Assembly: GCA_934096535.1 (NCBI GenBank)
Contig: CAKOMC010000001.1
Span: 1,255 to 65,254 of the forward strand
Direction: 5' to 3'
Length of the DNA: 64,000 bases
Origin: an uncultured Bacilli bacterium
Lineage (GTDB): Bacteria; Bacillota_I; Bacilli_A; RF39; UBA660
Shown here: one piece after another, positions 32,653 through 43,158 of the stretch
Numbering within the stretch: the first letter of the stretch is position 1
Layout: the number at the start of each line of letters is the position of its first letter
Notes under the pieces: model-generated
Told to the model about the DNA's origin: nothing
What the model saw: only the letters and a program-made list of their open reading frames with translations
Database searches by the model: none
Program-made: the position numbers and the translations under genes

Positions 32653-34968
32653 TTAACCTCTGATACTTTCTATAATGTTTTTAACATCATCTATAGTTTT
32701 CGTTGAGTTATAAAGAAGACTAGCTATTAAAATATCTTTATCACTTATATCATTTTCATTATTAATTAAAGTAATTAAATTGCGTTTTGTATTTTGATGT
32801 GAAAAATACAAACCATCAATTATATAAGCATTACCTTTGCAAACACAAATACTTTCTAATTTTTGTTCTAATCTGGTATATTCATCAAATTTTTTGGCAT
32901 CTTGTAGTTTTATGTTAAAGATATCGTCTAACTTATTATCTAAAATATCAATAACATTGCTAGAAACTACTTCTTTTAGATTATCAGTTAATACTTCGCT
33001 ATCTTTATCAAAATTAACTTCTTTTTCAACTAATTCTTCTAAAACATCTTGATTAAAAACATAACTATTAAAGGTTAAGATATTATTTTTTTCTTCTGTA
33101 TAAGGAATATTATATTCTTTACAAAATGCAATTCTCTTTAAAATAGTCTCAACATCTAGGGCAAGGGCAGCAATATCATAAGTAATTAAATCACTTTGAT
33201 TATTTTCAATAATAAGATCAATTCTTCTAATTAGTTCTTTTGGTTCTACACCTAAAACATTGAAAGCTAAATGTCCATTGGTACTCTTCAAGTCTATTTT
33301 ATAATCTTTCAAAGTTTTTAAGTTTTTATTTAATTCTTCATTACTAATTAAACTTAAAACGACACCATTTTTTTCTATTTCCATCTCATTTGGTTTATAG
33401 CCAAACTCTTTTAATGTATCGATATTTGCTAAGTAATTTTGAAGACCATTTTTATAAACAACTAAAGGAATTGTCTGTGGTTTAATATCTTTTTTTGCAA
33501 GTTCGGACTTAATTTTGTTACTATCTAACTTGCTAGTATCAAAAGGCTTAATTAAAGCAATATCTTCAGCTGATTTTCCTAAATCAATTAAAACTTGTTC
33601 ATCAAAATCTATTGGTCTTTCTTCCGTTTCCTCAGTATTTACAATATTTTCGATATCTTTAGAATCTTCACTAGTAGTTTCATGAATATCTTCAACTTTG
33701 GTATTTTCTAAGGAATTACTTTCAGTACTATCTTCTTTAATACTACTAGATTCTTCTTCATTTAAGTCTTTAAAGATATCATTCATTTTATCTTGTAACT
33801 CATCTAGGGAAATAATATCATTATTAGCTGAATCTTCGGCATTTTTAGCATTTACTTCATTAGTAGAAGTATTTTTATCTTCGGTATTTTCTTCAAAAAG
33901 ATTTTTTAACTCTTCAAAAGAAATTGGGGTTTCATCTTCTAAAATCTTTTGATAATCATCACTAGCAGGTTCTTCATTATCTTTAGTTTCATTATCCTTA
34001 GATTCTTCTTTTAAATTCTCATCTTCTAATTTAACTTCTGATGATAACTCATCTGGTTTTTGACTATCCGCATTGCTTGTATTTTCATTCTCTTTTTCAT
34101 TTTCTGAAGAACTTGGCTCTGTATTATTTTCTAATGTTTCTGTACTTGCTGGATCATGAATAGATTCAAAATCAAAAACATTAGTATCAAAACTACTTAA
34201 AAAATCATCCGTTGGTTCTATAGATACTTCTTTTTTAGTTTCTAAAGTCTTATCATCATCTAATTCAACTTCTTTTAGGGCATCAACAATATTATCTAAA
34301 TCAACATAAGTTTCATTATCATCTAATTGTTGAGTTATTTCAAATTTAAAATTTTTAAAGAATGGCATTAACTCGTCTTCTGGGAACATAATTAACTTGG
34401 CTGCTGCATAAGCTTCGTCATTATTAAATTCTAAGTTTTTTAAAAGTTCAATTACTTGATTACGCGTTTCGGTACAACTACCACCACTAGCGTCTTTAAT
34501 TAAAACATTCAAATTTTTTTGATTTTCTAAAGCTATATTTAGTTTACTTTCTAAATCAGTAATATTACTATGAGCAATATCTAACTTTTTCTCATCTTCA
34601 CTAATAGCTTGCTCTAAATCACTAATATCATTATTACGAATTTCAATTTGTAGTGGCAATTGATTAATTAGTTTATTTAAATCCTTATTAACATCAAGAT
34701 TTAATTTTAAAACATTAGTAATCAATTTTAAATCTTTATCTTTTAGAGCATTAAAAGCTTCTAAAAGTACAGCATTTTCTTCATTTAAGCCATTTATTTC
34801 CGTTTCGATGTTGGCAATCTTTTGCTTTTTATCGCTAATACTTTTTTCTTTTTTCGCTACGGTACTAGTGTTATCATCTATTTTTTTATGTAAATCAACC
34901 AAGATAGTTGACTCTGGCTTTAGTAGATTTTCTATTTTCTTTAATATACTTTGGTTATTTTTCATCAC
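32653..34968 (-). CDS. large coiled-coil / acidic low-complexity protein (771 aa)
   Basis: Long heptad-like Lys/Glu/Asn-rich stretches and an acidic Ser/Glu/Asp-rich central region. No catalytic motifs recognised. Confidence 0.45.
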   Translation of the reverse strand: MMKNNQSILKKIENLLKPESTILVDLHKKIDDNTSTVAKKEKSISDKKQKIANIETEINGLNEENAVLLEAFNALKDKDLKLITNVLKLNLDVNKDLNKLINQLPLQIEIRNNDISDLEQAISEDEKKLDIAHSNITDLESKLNIALENQKNLNVLIKDASGGSCTETRNQVIELLKNLEFNNDEAYAAAKLIMFPEDELMPFFKNFKFEITQQLDDNETYVDLDNIVDALKEVELDDDKTLETKKEVSIEPTDDFLSSFDTNVFDFESIHDPASTETLENNTEPSSSENEKENENTSNADSQKPDELSSEVKLEDENLKEESKDNETKDNEEPASDDYQKILEDETPISFEELKNLFEENTEDKNTSTNEVNAKNAEDSANNDIISLDELQDKMNDIFKDLNEEESSSIKEDSTESNSLENTKVEDIHETTSEDSKDIENIVNTEETEERPIDFDEQVLIDLGKSAEDIALIKPFDTSKLDSNKIKSELAKKDIKPQTIPLVVYKNGLQNYLANIDTLKEFGYKPNEMEIEKNGVVLSLISNEELNKNLKTLKDYKIDLKSTNGHLAFNVLGVEPKELIRRIDLIIENNQSDLITYDIAALALDVETILKRIAFCKEYNIPYTEEKNNILTFNSYVFNQDVLEELVEKEVNFDKDSEVLTDNLKEVVSSNVIDILDNKLDDIFNIKLQDAKKFDEYTRLEQKLESICVCKGNAYIIDGLYFSHQNTKRNLITLINNENDISDKDILIASLLYNSTKTIDDVKNIIESIRG

Positions 34969-35045
34969 ACTAACTCTCCTATTTTCAAATTTATTATATC
35001 AAAACTACTACTTAAAGTAAATTATTTTTCTTATAACTTCGCTTT

Positions 35046-36041
35046 TTATTTCTTTTTTACTGGTATATGTAAATGGTTGTAGGCTTTTTCGGTAGCAATT
35101 CGTCCTCTTTGACTTCTTTTTACAAAGCCTTCTTGTAAAAGGAAAGGTTCAACTACTTCTTCAACGGTTGTTACTTCTTCCCCAATCGAAGTGGCAATCG
35201 TCCCCGCTCCAACTGGTCCGCCATTAAATTTAGTGATTAAAGCATCTAAGTACTCTAAATCTAAAGAGTCTAGACCATACTCATCAATTTTTAGTCGGGA
35301 TAAAGCTTTTCTAGTAGTATCTAAGCTTATCATTTGATCACCCGCAACTAAAGTAAAATCGCGAACACGCTTAAATAAACGGTTAGCAATACGCGGCGTT
35401 TTTCGACTTCTTTTTGCTAGTTCCATTGCCGCAAGCTCATCAATTGGCATTTTTAAGACTTTAGAGGTACGCATTATTATCTGTTTTAATTCTTCATCAG
35501 TATAATAATTAAGTTTGGAAACAATTCCAAAACGATCACGAAGGGGACTAGAAATATTCCCTGCTCTAGTTGTAGCTCCTACCAAAGTAAATGGGGGCAA
35601 ATCAATCTTGATATTACGGGTATTACCATCTTGACCAACTACAATATCTAGTTCAAAATCTTCCATCGCGGGATACAATATTTCTTCAATAAATCTTGGC
35701 ATACGATGGATTTCATCAATAAATAAAACATCGCCTTCTTCTAAATTCGATAAAACGGCTGCTAAATCCCCCGGCTTTTCAATTGAAGGTCCGGAGGCGG
35801 TTTTAATGTTTACGCCCAACTCATTAGCAATAATATGAGCTAGAGTCGTTTTTCCAAGCCCCGGAGGTCCATATAATAAAACATGATCTAAAACTTCATT
35901 ACGCATTTTGCAAGCTTTAATAAATACTTTTAAATTTTCTTTTATTTCTTCTTGCCCAACATAATCATCTAAAGTCTCGGGTCTAATATTTTTATCAAAT
36001 TCGTCTTCTTTTAAATTAGCGTTGTAAATATCATCTAGCAT
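35046..36041 (-). CDS. ruvB: Holliday junction branch migration helicase RuvB
   Basis: [20 protein letters not shown] (Walker A), then DEIHR. Size is 331 aa. Confidence 0.93.
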   Translation of the reverse strand: MLDDIYNANLKEDEFDKNIRPETLDDYVGQEEIKENLKVFIKACKMRNEVLDHVLLYGPPGLGKTTLAHIIANELGVNIKTASGPSIEKPGDLAAVLSNLEEGDVLFIDEIHRMPRFIEEILYPAMEDFELDIVVGQDGNTRNIKIDLPPFTLVGATTRAGNISSPLRDRFGIVSKLNYYTDEELKQIIMRTSKVLKMPIDELAAMELAKRSRKTPRIANRLFKRVRDFTLVAGDQMISLDTTRKALSRLKIDEYGLDSLDLEYLDALITKFNGGPVGAGTIATSIGEEVTTVEEVVEPFLLQEGFVKRSQRGRIATEKAYNHLHIPVKKK

Positions 36042-36609
36042 TATTCCACTTCCTTATTGTATTATATATCTCTTGAAAATTTTTAGCTCTTAATCCCTTA
36101 TATTCCTTATTGTACCAAGTATCTACTAATATAGTCTTAATGCCATAGCTATTAACATCTTCGATTTGACTAACAGAATCATCAATGAATACATCTATTC
36201 CCAGCCTTTTACAAGCTTCCCCTTTTTTAGATAACCCAATTTGACAATCTTGATATTTAAAACCTTTACTAGTTAAATCATCTTTAGTAATACTTAAAAT
36301 ATCTAATTTTTCATCAGCACTTCTTCGAGTCAAAAAATATATTTCATACCCTTCGTTATATAACTTTTCTAAGTAATATAGGGCATCACCCTTTGGTCGA
36401 GCTTCTAAATATAATTTATTCTGACGGAAAAATTTAAAAAATTCTTTCTTTTCTGCTGAACTCCAGTAAAACTTTTCATGAAAGTCGTATTTACTTTTAT
36501 CTTGATATCCTTTTCCATTTACAAAATTTTTATCAAAATACAAAGCTGCCTCATCTATAATGACCTGAGTATCCATTACTGTATCATCTATATCAATCCC
36601 TATTTTCAT
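36031..36609 (-). CDS. HAD-superfamily 5'(3')-deoxyribonucleotidase-like protein (NT5C family)
   Basis: [11 protein letters not shown] carries the DxDxT HAD motif I. Size is 192 aa. It lies between ruvA and ruvB. Confidence 0.55.
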   Translation of the reverse strand: MKIGIDIDDTVMDTQVIIDEAALYFDKNFVNGKGYQDKSKYDFHEKFYWSSAEKKEFFKFFRQNKLYLEARPKGDALYYLEKLYNEGYEIYFLTRRSADEKLDILSITKDDLTSKGFKYQDCQIGLSKKGEACKRLGIDVFIDDSVSQIEDVNSYGIKTILVDTWYNKEYKGLRAKNFQEIYNTIRKWNNAR

Positions 36610-36621
36610 CTCTTACCTACT

Positions 36622-37179
36622 TTATCTACTCATTAATAGTTTTAAAGCTTCTTTAATTTGACTTTCTAATTCTTTTGTTGCATCTACTTTAGGTAAAATC
36701 GCCTTAATATCAGCTTTCTTATAACCTAAAGATTCTAAAACACTAACTAATTCATCTAAGTCATTAACAGCAAACAAGTCTTGATGGTCAGCAAGTTTGC
36801 CTTTTAAATCCAGAATAATCTGTCGTGCTAATTTATCGCCAACTTTAGGAAACTTCGTTAAATAAACTAAATTTTCTCTTTCAATTGCTTCAATTACATC
36901 ACTTGTATTACCTGTTGAAACCATTGGAATAGCCATCTTAGGTCCCAAGCCTTTAACATTTATTAGCCGTAAAAATAAGTTTTTTTCTTCTTTTTTCTTA
37001 AAGCCATAAAGAGTATACTCATCTTCCCTAATATAATTATACAAATAAATTGTATATTCTAAGTTCTCACGATAAACATAAGGATTACCAACAAATATTT
37101 GATAACCAATGCCATTATTTTCTAAAACTACATAGTTACTACCAATTTCTTTTATTATTCCAGTTATATAATTTAACAT
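36622..37179 (-). CDS. ruvA: Holliday junction DNA helicase RuvA
   Basis: MLNYITGIIKEIGSNYVVLENNGIGYQIFV is the RuvA domain I OB fold. Size is 185 aa. Confidence 0.88.
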   Translation of the reverse strand: MLNYITGIIKEIGSNYVVLENNGIGYQIFVGNPYVYRENLEYTIYLYNYIREDEYTLYGFKKKEEKNLFLRLINVKGLGPKMAIPMVSTGNTSDVIEAIERENLVYLTKFPKVGDKLARQIILDLKGKLADHQDLFAVNDLDELVSVLESLGYKKADIKAILPKVDATKELESQIKEALKLLMSR

Positions 37180-37391
37180 ACTGATACTTCCTTTTCTTTC
37201 TCATATTATCAACCACTTTCTTCTTTGTCAAGGCAATCTGCTAAATTTTTACAAGCTTTACCAAACTTCTTTTTTAGATGCATTTTTTGATTACAAACAG
37301 TGGATTTTTATCTATTTTTTAGTTCTTTTTCCGTTTTTAATTTTCTTAATTATTTAATAATAGATTATTAGTTTTAATTTAAAAGACCTTT

Positions 37392-37937
37392 CTATCTTAT
37401 ATAGTAAAGGTCTAAAAAAGCTTCAATTGTCTTGGCATCAGTACTACCACTAAAAGTATGGGTAACATTTCCATTTTCAATGATATAAGTGATAGGGGTT
37501 CCTGTAACTACTATGTATTTACCTAAACTTTCATTTTGCCCTAGATTACTCATATTAACTTCATAAGCACTTATACCTAAATTACCTAAAGCGCTCTTTA
37601 ATTCTGGCAAAAACTCTTCACAATAACTGCAACCAGTTCTGGTTACTACTAAAACACTTCTTCTACTTGTTTGAAATAATTTCGTAAAATCTTGAAATTT
37701 TAGTTCGGTTAGAACCCCATCGGTCTTTGGTAAAGTGTCTAAAGTTACTTTACTATCAATATCTTTGATAGGTACTTGATCAATTTGCTTAGCGTGCGAA
37801 GTAGCCTCCTCAAATTTAGTGGTTACTTTATTGGTATCTTTATTACTAATTAAATAGTAAACTGTAAAAACAATTAACCCCACTGCTAAAAGTGTTAATA
37901 CGACCACACTAATTATTTTTAATTTATTATTTTTCAC
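37392..37937 (-). CDS. membrane-anchored thioredoxin-like thiol-disulfide oxidoreductase
   Basis: An N-terminal transmembrane helix and a CxxC motif (RTGCSYCEEF). Confidence 0.6.
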   Translation of the reverse strand: MKNNKLKIISVVVLTLLAVGLIVFTVYYLISNKDTNKVTTKFEEATSHAKQIDQVPIKDIDSKVTLDTLPKTDGVLTELKFQDFTKLFQTSRRSVLVVTRTGCSYCEEFLPELKSALGNLGISAYEVNMSNLGQNESLGKYIVVTGTPITYIIENGNVTHTFSGSTDAKTIEAFLDLYYIR

Positions 37938-39238
37938 TACACTCCATCCTTTACTTTTAATGATTTAAAGACTTTTTTCCATAAATCTTTGCTTGAATAA
38001 TTTAAAATGCCAACTTTATATACTCTAATTCCATATTTAAATAGAAAAATACAAGCTATAAGTAAAACAACAGCTGATATTCCAAGGTCAACTATCGTTG
38101 TCTCTCCTAAAATATAAGTTATAGGGGCAACCATCGACGATAAAAAGGGAATATAACTAATTATGCGAATAAAAATTGAACCTTTAAAAGCCGCCGCCAT
38201 AATACCAATGTAATAACCTAACATTAAGACTATCATTAAAGGTGTTTGTAATTGTTGGAAATCTTCGGCCGAGGTTGTCATAGATGCTAAAACTCCTGCT
38301 AAGGTTGCATAAATAAAGAATGATAACAAGAAGATAACTATTAAGATAGGAGCTCCTTTAGCCAGTAAATCTAGGGTGCCACTAGCTTGTAAGGAAGCAA
38401 ATAAATTACCAATAATATTTGACTCTCCAAGACCAGTACCAATACCACCATGAATTAAAAAGCCAAGACCACTATATAATAGGAGTAATAAAGATTGAGC
38501 AATAACAAATATTGTCGAGCTTGCAATTTTACATAAAAAATGCACTTTGGCCGGAACATTAGAAATAATTATTTCCATCCCTCTTGTCGTTTTTTCATCA
38601 TTAATCTCCGCCCCAATCATTTGGACCAATAAAACAATTAGCATAAAAAATGGTACCAAGAATACTACTAAACTCATGTTGGTAGCATCTTCACTAGCCG
38701 TTATTTCTTTTTCATTAGTAACCACTCTATTAATACTAATAGGACTAGTAATCTTAGCCATTTCTTCACTCGATACCCCATTATAATTTAAGGCCATACT
38801 AGTTTTCATACCTGTTAAACTAGTACTTAAAAGATTATAAGTTATAGTATCTATTTTATTATAAGAAATGATATCTGCTTTTAAATACTCAGTCGTATCC
38901 AAGTTAATATTTACAACAATGTTATTTGTATCCGCAATTTTTTCTTTTAAAGTATCAATACTATCGCTAGAATATGCTATCTCATAAGTTTTTTCATCAT
39001 TTACTATTTTTTTATTGGTTAAAAAGTAAGCATTAAAACCTTCTAAATAATTATTATCCCCCGTTAAATAAATATTTATGGTATCTTTAAAATTTCCCCC
39101 AAAAACATTAATAATTTTATCAATATTAATAACCCCAATTAAAAGAAGACAAATCAAAACATTAACTATTTTAAACCATTTCGTATCCATCTTTTTCTTA
39201 AGACTTTGTTTTATCAAAAACCACGCTTTATTTTTCAT
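37937..39238 (-). CDS. ABC-2 type transporter permease
   Basis: An N-terminal transmembrane helix, a large extracytoplasmic loop and a C-terminal cluster of about five transmembrane helices. It is adjacent to the ABC ATPase. Confidence 0.65.
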   Translation of the reverse strand: MKNKAWFLIKQSLKKKMDTKWFKIVNVLICLLLIGVINIDKIINVFGGNFKDTINIYLTGDNNYLEGFNAYFLTNKKIVNDEKTYEIAYSSDSIDTLKEKIADTNNIVVNINLDTTEYLKADIISYNKIDTITYNLLSTSLTGMKTSMALNYNGVSSEEMAKITSPISINRVVTNEKEITASEDATNMSLVVFLVPFFMLIVLLVQMIGAEINDEKTTRGMEIIISNVPAKVHFLCKIASSTIFVIAQSLLLLLYSGLGFLIHGGIGTGLGESNIIGNLFASLQASGTLDLLAKGAPILIVIFLLSFFIYATLAGVLASMTTSAEDFQQLQTPLMIVLMLGYYIGIMAAAFKGSIFIRIISYIPFLSSMVAPITYILGETTIVDLGISAVVLLIACIFLFKYGIRVYKVGILNYSSKDLWKKVFKSLKVKDGV

Positions 39239-40133
39239 ATGCTTCCCCTACTTTACTGATAAATATTTCATTTAATGTTGGCTCCTCAACATTAAATTTG
39301 GTTACATTATCGAATGTTTTAACAACTTCAAAGACCTTTTTAATAACATCTTCACTTTCAATCTTAATAATGTATTCATTATTACCAATTTCTTTAGTAA
39401 TTTCTAATACTCCTGATATTTTTTCGATTTTTTTCATATCGCCATCAGCCTGCAAATGAATATTTTTCTTCCGATACTGTTTCTTTATATCTTTTAAGTT
39501 ACCTTGTAAAACACTCTTACCATGAACTAAAATAACTAATTCATCACAGAATAATTCTACATGTTCCATTCGGTGGGACGAGAAAATTATCGCTGTCCCT
39601 TTTTTCTTTAACTCATTAATAGTTTTCATGAATTCTTCTACATTAATTGGATCTAACCCACTAAATGGCTCATCTAAAATCAAAAGTTTAGGTTCATGCA
39701 AAATAGCTGTAATAAACTGTACTTTTTGCTGATTACCTTTACTCAATTCTTTAATTTTGCGATTTTTATATTCGCTAATATGAAACTTTTCTAATAGCTT
39801 ATCCAATTTTTCTTCAATAGTTTTCTTATCTAATCCTTTTAAAGTTCCATAATAAATAGCTTGTTCTAAAACTGTAAGCTTTAATAAAAGACTGCGTTCT
39901 TCGGTTAAGAAACCTATTTTATCCGTAACGCTATAATCTATGGGTTTACCATCTAATAAAATTGTTCCTTCCGTTTTATCTAGTAAGTTAATTATCATAC
40001 GAAAAGTTGTAGTCTTTCCTGCCCCATTAACTCCTAATAAACCAAAAATCTTTCCATCATCTACTTTAAATGATAAGTTATCTACGGCTTTTATTTTGCC
40101 ATAGTATTTTGTTACATTCTTTACTTCTAACAT
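39228..40133 (-). CDS. ABC transporter ATP-binding protein
   Basis: GLLGVNGAGKTT (Walker A), LSKGNQQKV (signature) and ILDEP (Walker B). Confidence 0.88.
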   Translation of the reverse strand: MLEVKNVTKYYGKIKAVDNLSFKVDDGKIFGLLGVNGAGKTTTFRMIINLLDKTEGTILLDGKPIDYSVTDKIGFLTEERSLLLKLTVLEQAIYYGTLKGLDKKTIEEKLDKLLEKFHISEYKNRKIKELSKGNQQKVQFITAILHEPKLLILDEPFSGLDPINVEEFMKTINELKKKGTAIIFSSHRMEHVELFCDELVILVHGKSVLQGNLKDIKKQYRKKNIHLQADGDMKKIEKISGVLEITKEIGNNEYIIKIESEDVIKKVFEVVKTFDNVTKFNVEEPTLNEIFISKVGEAYEK

Positions 40134-40162
40134 TTTTACTCCCTAAGTTAAGGCTAATTATC

Positions 40163-40624
40163 CTAAAAATTATTCTTTTCTAGTAAATAATATTTTACTA
40201 CTTCTAATTCCTGTTTAGATAAATTAGCATATTTCATTATCTTATCTAAAGATATCTCATCTTTCATCATCAAATAAGCCACATATATTGCACTTGATTT
40301 TTCCAAGGATTCAGTCTCATTTTCCGTAAATGATTTAGCTAAAGTCATAATGGCTTTGCCTAACTGTTCTTCGGGGGCTTCAGTTTGGACTTTCAAATCT
40401 TCTTTGCACTTCAAAAGCTTTTTTACTAAGCCTATTTTGGAAATAGACTCTTTTTCTACTAAAAAATCTTGTTCTTCTAAGACGCTAGTTAAAGTATCAA
40501 TAACTTTTTCCCTTAAAGTATCATCGCTTGCATTTTCTAAAGATAAAAGCACTTTAATATCTTTATTGTTACCTTCTTCCTTTGTTTCTTGTACTACCCA
40601 TAATTTTACCTGCTTTTTTGCCAT
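40163..40624 (-). CDS. hypothetical protein (153 aa)
   Basis: ORF only. Confidence 0.35.
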   Translation of the reverse strand: MAKKQVKLWVVQETKEEGNNKDIKVLLSLENASDDTLREKVIDTLTSVLEEQDFLVEKESISKIGLVKKLLKCKEDLKVQTEAPEEQLGKAIMTLAKSFTENETESLEKSSAIYVAYLMMKDEISLDKIMKYANLSKQELEVVKYYLLEKNNF

Positions 40625-41029
40625 AAAGGCTCCTTTCTAAAGACTGCTACTACCAATTTCTTCATAAATATTTATTTTCAAAACCTTGCTTTTCTTGTAG
40701 CCTAATCTATTTCACTGTAAAACATGACCAACAAAATAATTGGAAGTTAGCAAAGTTTTTCACTTATATAATAACACACAAATTCCCTACTAAACAATTC
40801 TAAAATGCTATTACTCTCTATTTTTTTAGCTCTCAAAAAATGCCAATTTTTCTTTAGTAAACCTTAGCACCTATTAACCCTGCAAAACCGATTTTTTTGT
40901 CTTTTCTATAATTTAAATGATTAAGTGCTACTATCTATTTTTATTTTTTCTAAAACTTACTACCGGCATTTATCTTTATACATAATTTTTTAAAAAGTTC
41001 ATAAAATTTATTAAAGAAAGAGGAATTTT

Positions 41030-41524
41030 ATGAACAAACAAAACTTATGGTTTATCACTTTATTTAGTATTATTTTAGTCTTAAGTATTTATTATATTAG
41101 TATGCCTTCCAACATTTTAGAAGAATATAATTTACCAACTACAAGTGCCAATGATACTGCTGCTAATGCTACTATTACGCCTTCTACTTCCCTAGTAGCG
41201 CTCCGTGTTGCCGCTGATGAAGAGCTTTTAAATAATATTAACAATTTGCAAAGCACCATTACCGATAAAGAAAAAACTGTTGTCGAGAAAAATAATGCTT
41301 ATGAAGAATTAATGACTTTAAATGAAAATAAAGGTCTAGAAGAAAATATTGAAGCTAAACTAAAAGAAAAATTTGAATATGACTCCTTTGTTAAAATCAA
41401 CAAAGACCAAATTAATATTGTTATTTCTAGCACTAAGCATGATAAGTTAATTGCTAATAACATTATAAAGGAAGTTCAAAGTATGTTCGATACCAAAAAA
41501 TATATCACAATCAAGTTTCAATAG
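41030..41524 (+). CDS. SpoIIIAH-like membrane protein
   Basis: The N-terminus MNKQNLWFITLFSIILVLSIYYISMP matches the SpoIIIAH signal-anchor pattern (MLKKQTVWLLTMLSLVVVLSVYYIM). The C-terminal ...INIVISSTKHDKLIANNIIKEVQSMFD region matches the YscJ/FliF-like domain of SpoIIIAH. Confidence 0.6.
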   Translation: MNKQNLWFITLFSIILVLSIYYISMPSNILEEYNLPTTSANDTAANATITPSTSLVALRVAADEELLNNINNLQSTITDKEKTVVEKNNAYEELMTLNENKGLEENIEAKLKEKFEYDSFVKINKDQINIVISSTKHDKLIANNIIKEVQSMFDTKKYITIKFQ

Positions 41525-41573
41525 TTAACTAAATAATAATAAAACATAAAATACTATAGAAAGTTGGTATATT

Positions 41574-41774
41574 ATGAGTTTATTAACAAAAAGAGAAAAA
41601 GAAATATTTAGCCTTCTACTAAAGACCAAAACAACTAAAGAAATTGCAAGTATCTTACGAATTAGTGAAAAAACCGTTCGTAATCATATTTCTAATGTCA
41701 TTCAAAAACTTGGGGTAACTAGTAGAAGCAGTGCGATTATTGAACTATTAAAGTCAAAAGATTTAACTCTTTAA
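41574..41774 (+). CDS. LuxR-family HTH regulator, GerE-like (66 aa)
   Basis: LTKREKEIFSLLLKTKTTKEIASILRISEKTVRNHISNVIQKLGV is the LuxR/GerE helix-turn-helix. Confidence 0.7.
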   Translation: MSLLTKREKEIFSLLLKTKTTKEIASILRISEKTVRNHISNVIQKLGVTSRSSAIIELLKSKDLTL

Positions 41775-41835
41775 GACCATGGGCTTTTGGTCTTTTTTCA
41801 TTTTAATAACTATATAATTTAATAGGTGGTTTTTT

Positions 41836-42747
41836 ATGTTTAATAATATTAAAAGAAAGTTACTTATTTCTTTTTTAACTCTATTCGTCCTTACTTTAGT
41901 CTATATTTTTCCAACCAACAAAAGTTACGAAGAAACCTTAAGTATTAAAAATGGAAATTATCACTCTATTTATCTTCTGAATAAAAATATATTAGTTGAA
42001 ACTAAAATTGTTAGTAATAATGACAATGATATTTTAGCCAAGATTAATGATATTCTAACTTCTCTTACCATTGACAGTCCTAAATCTAAATATATCGATG
42101 ATAACTATACTCCTCTTATTCCCAAAGGCACTAAAATTCTTAATCTTACTTTAGAAAATAATCTTTTGAAAATTAATTTTAGCAAAGAATTTTTAAATGT
42201 TACTATCGATACGGAAGAAAAAGTCATTGAATCAATTGTTTATTCTTTAACAAAATTAGATGAAATTAAAGAAATAATGATTTTTGTAGAAAACGCTAAG
42301 TTAGATAGTCTTCCTATCTCCCAAAAAAAGCTTCCTCTTACTTTAACTAAGTCTTATGGTATTAATAAAGTTTACAATGTTAATAATATCTTTACGATGG
42401 ACATCTTAAATTTATACTACTACATTAATATTAATGACGAATATCACTTAGTTCCGGTTTCTGTTTTTACTAATGATAGTAAGGATAAAGTGGAAATAAT
42501 CATTGAAGAGTTAAAATCTTCACCTATCCATCAATCTAATTTAATGAGTTTTTTATCAAGTAATGCTAAACTTTTAGATTATGAAATTAAAGAAAACACC
42601 ATCAAGTTAGAATTCAGTAGTTATCTTTTAGATAGTTTCTTAAATGATTCTTTAATCGAGGAAGTGAAATATGCAATTAGTAAATCTTTTGAGGATACTT
42701 TAGGTATAACTGATGTTGAATTAGTCGTAAACGGAGAAGAAATCTAA
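41836..42747 (+). CDS. GerM-like lipoprotein (tandem GerMN domains)
   Basis: An N-terminal signal anchor followed by two repeats with the GerMN pattern (…LNLTLENNLLKINFSKEF…, …IKENTIKLEFSSYLL…). Confidence 0.5.
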   Translation: MFNNIKRKLLISFLTLFVLTLVYIFPTNKSYEETLSIKNGNYHSIYLLNKNILVETKIVSNNDNDILAKINDILTSLTIDSPKSKYIDDNYTPLIPKGTKILNLTLENNLLKINFSKEFLNVTIDTEEKVIESIVYSLTKLDEIKEIMIFVENAKLDSLPISQKKLPLTLTKSYGINKVYNVNNIFTMDILNLYYYININDEYHLVPVSVFTNDSKDKVEIIIEELKSSPIHQSNLMSFLSSNAKLLDYEIKENTIKLEFSSYLLDSFLNDSLIEEVKYAISKSFEDTLGITDVELVVNGEEI

Positions 42748-42857
42748 GTTTTTTAAGCAAAATCCTCCTAAAAAAACAATTTTTACTTGTTTGGCTTAAT
42801 TTTTCTCTTGCAAATACCTGACTTTTAGTTTATAATTTTATTTGTGCTGATAAATAT

Positions 42858-42934
42858 GTTTCCATAGCTCAGCTGGATAGAGCATACGCCTTCTAAGCGT
42901 ACGGTCGAGTGTTCGAATCACTCTGGAAACACCA
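42858..42934 (+). tRNA. tRNA-Arg (TCT)
   Basis: GTTTCCATAGCTCAGCTGGATAGAGCATACGCCTTCTAAGCGTACGGTCGAGTGTTCGAATCACTCTGGAAACACCA. The anticodon loop is CTTCTAA (TCT) and CCA is encoded. Confidence 0.92.
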
Positions 42935-42947
42935 GTATGAATAAATT

Positions 42948-42970
42948 CCCCGTAAATACGGGGTTTTTTT
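42948..42970 (+). terminator. rho-independent terminator after tRNA-Arg
   Basis: A CCCCGTA-aa-TACGGGG hairpin followed by TTTTTTT. Confidence 0.8.
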
Positions 42971-43158
42971 AATGTCAAAATTGCTTGAAACACACTTTGA
43001 AACACACTTTTTAACAAAAGTAATTTATTTGCTTTAATGTTAAAATATTCCCAATTTTGCCAAAATAAAAACTCGTCTTAAAGTTTATCCACTCATTGTG
43101 GTTATCATCAGACTAGTTTTTTCTTTTCTAAAATAGTAAACTTTGTTTCTTACTACAC

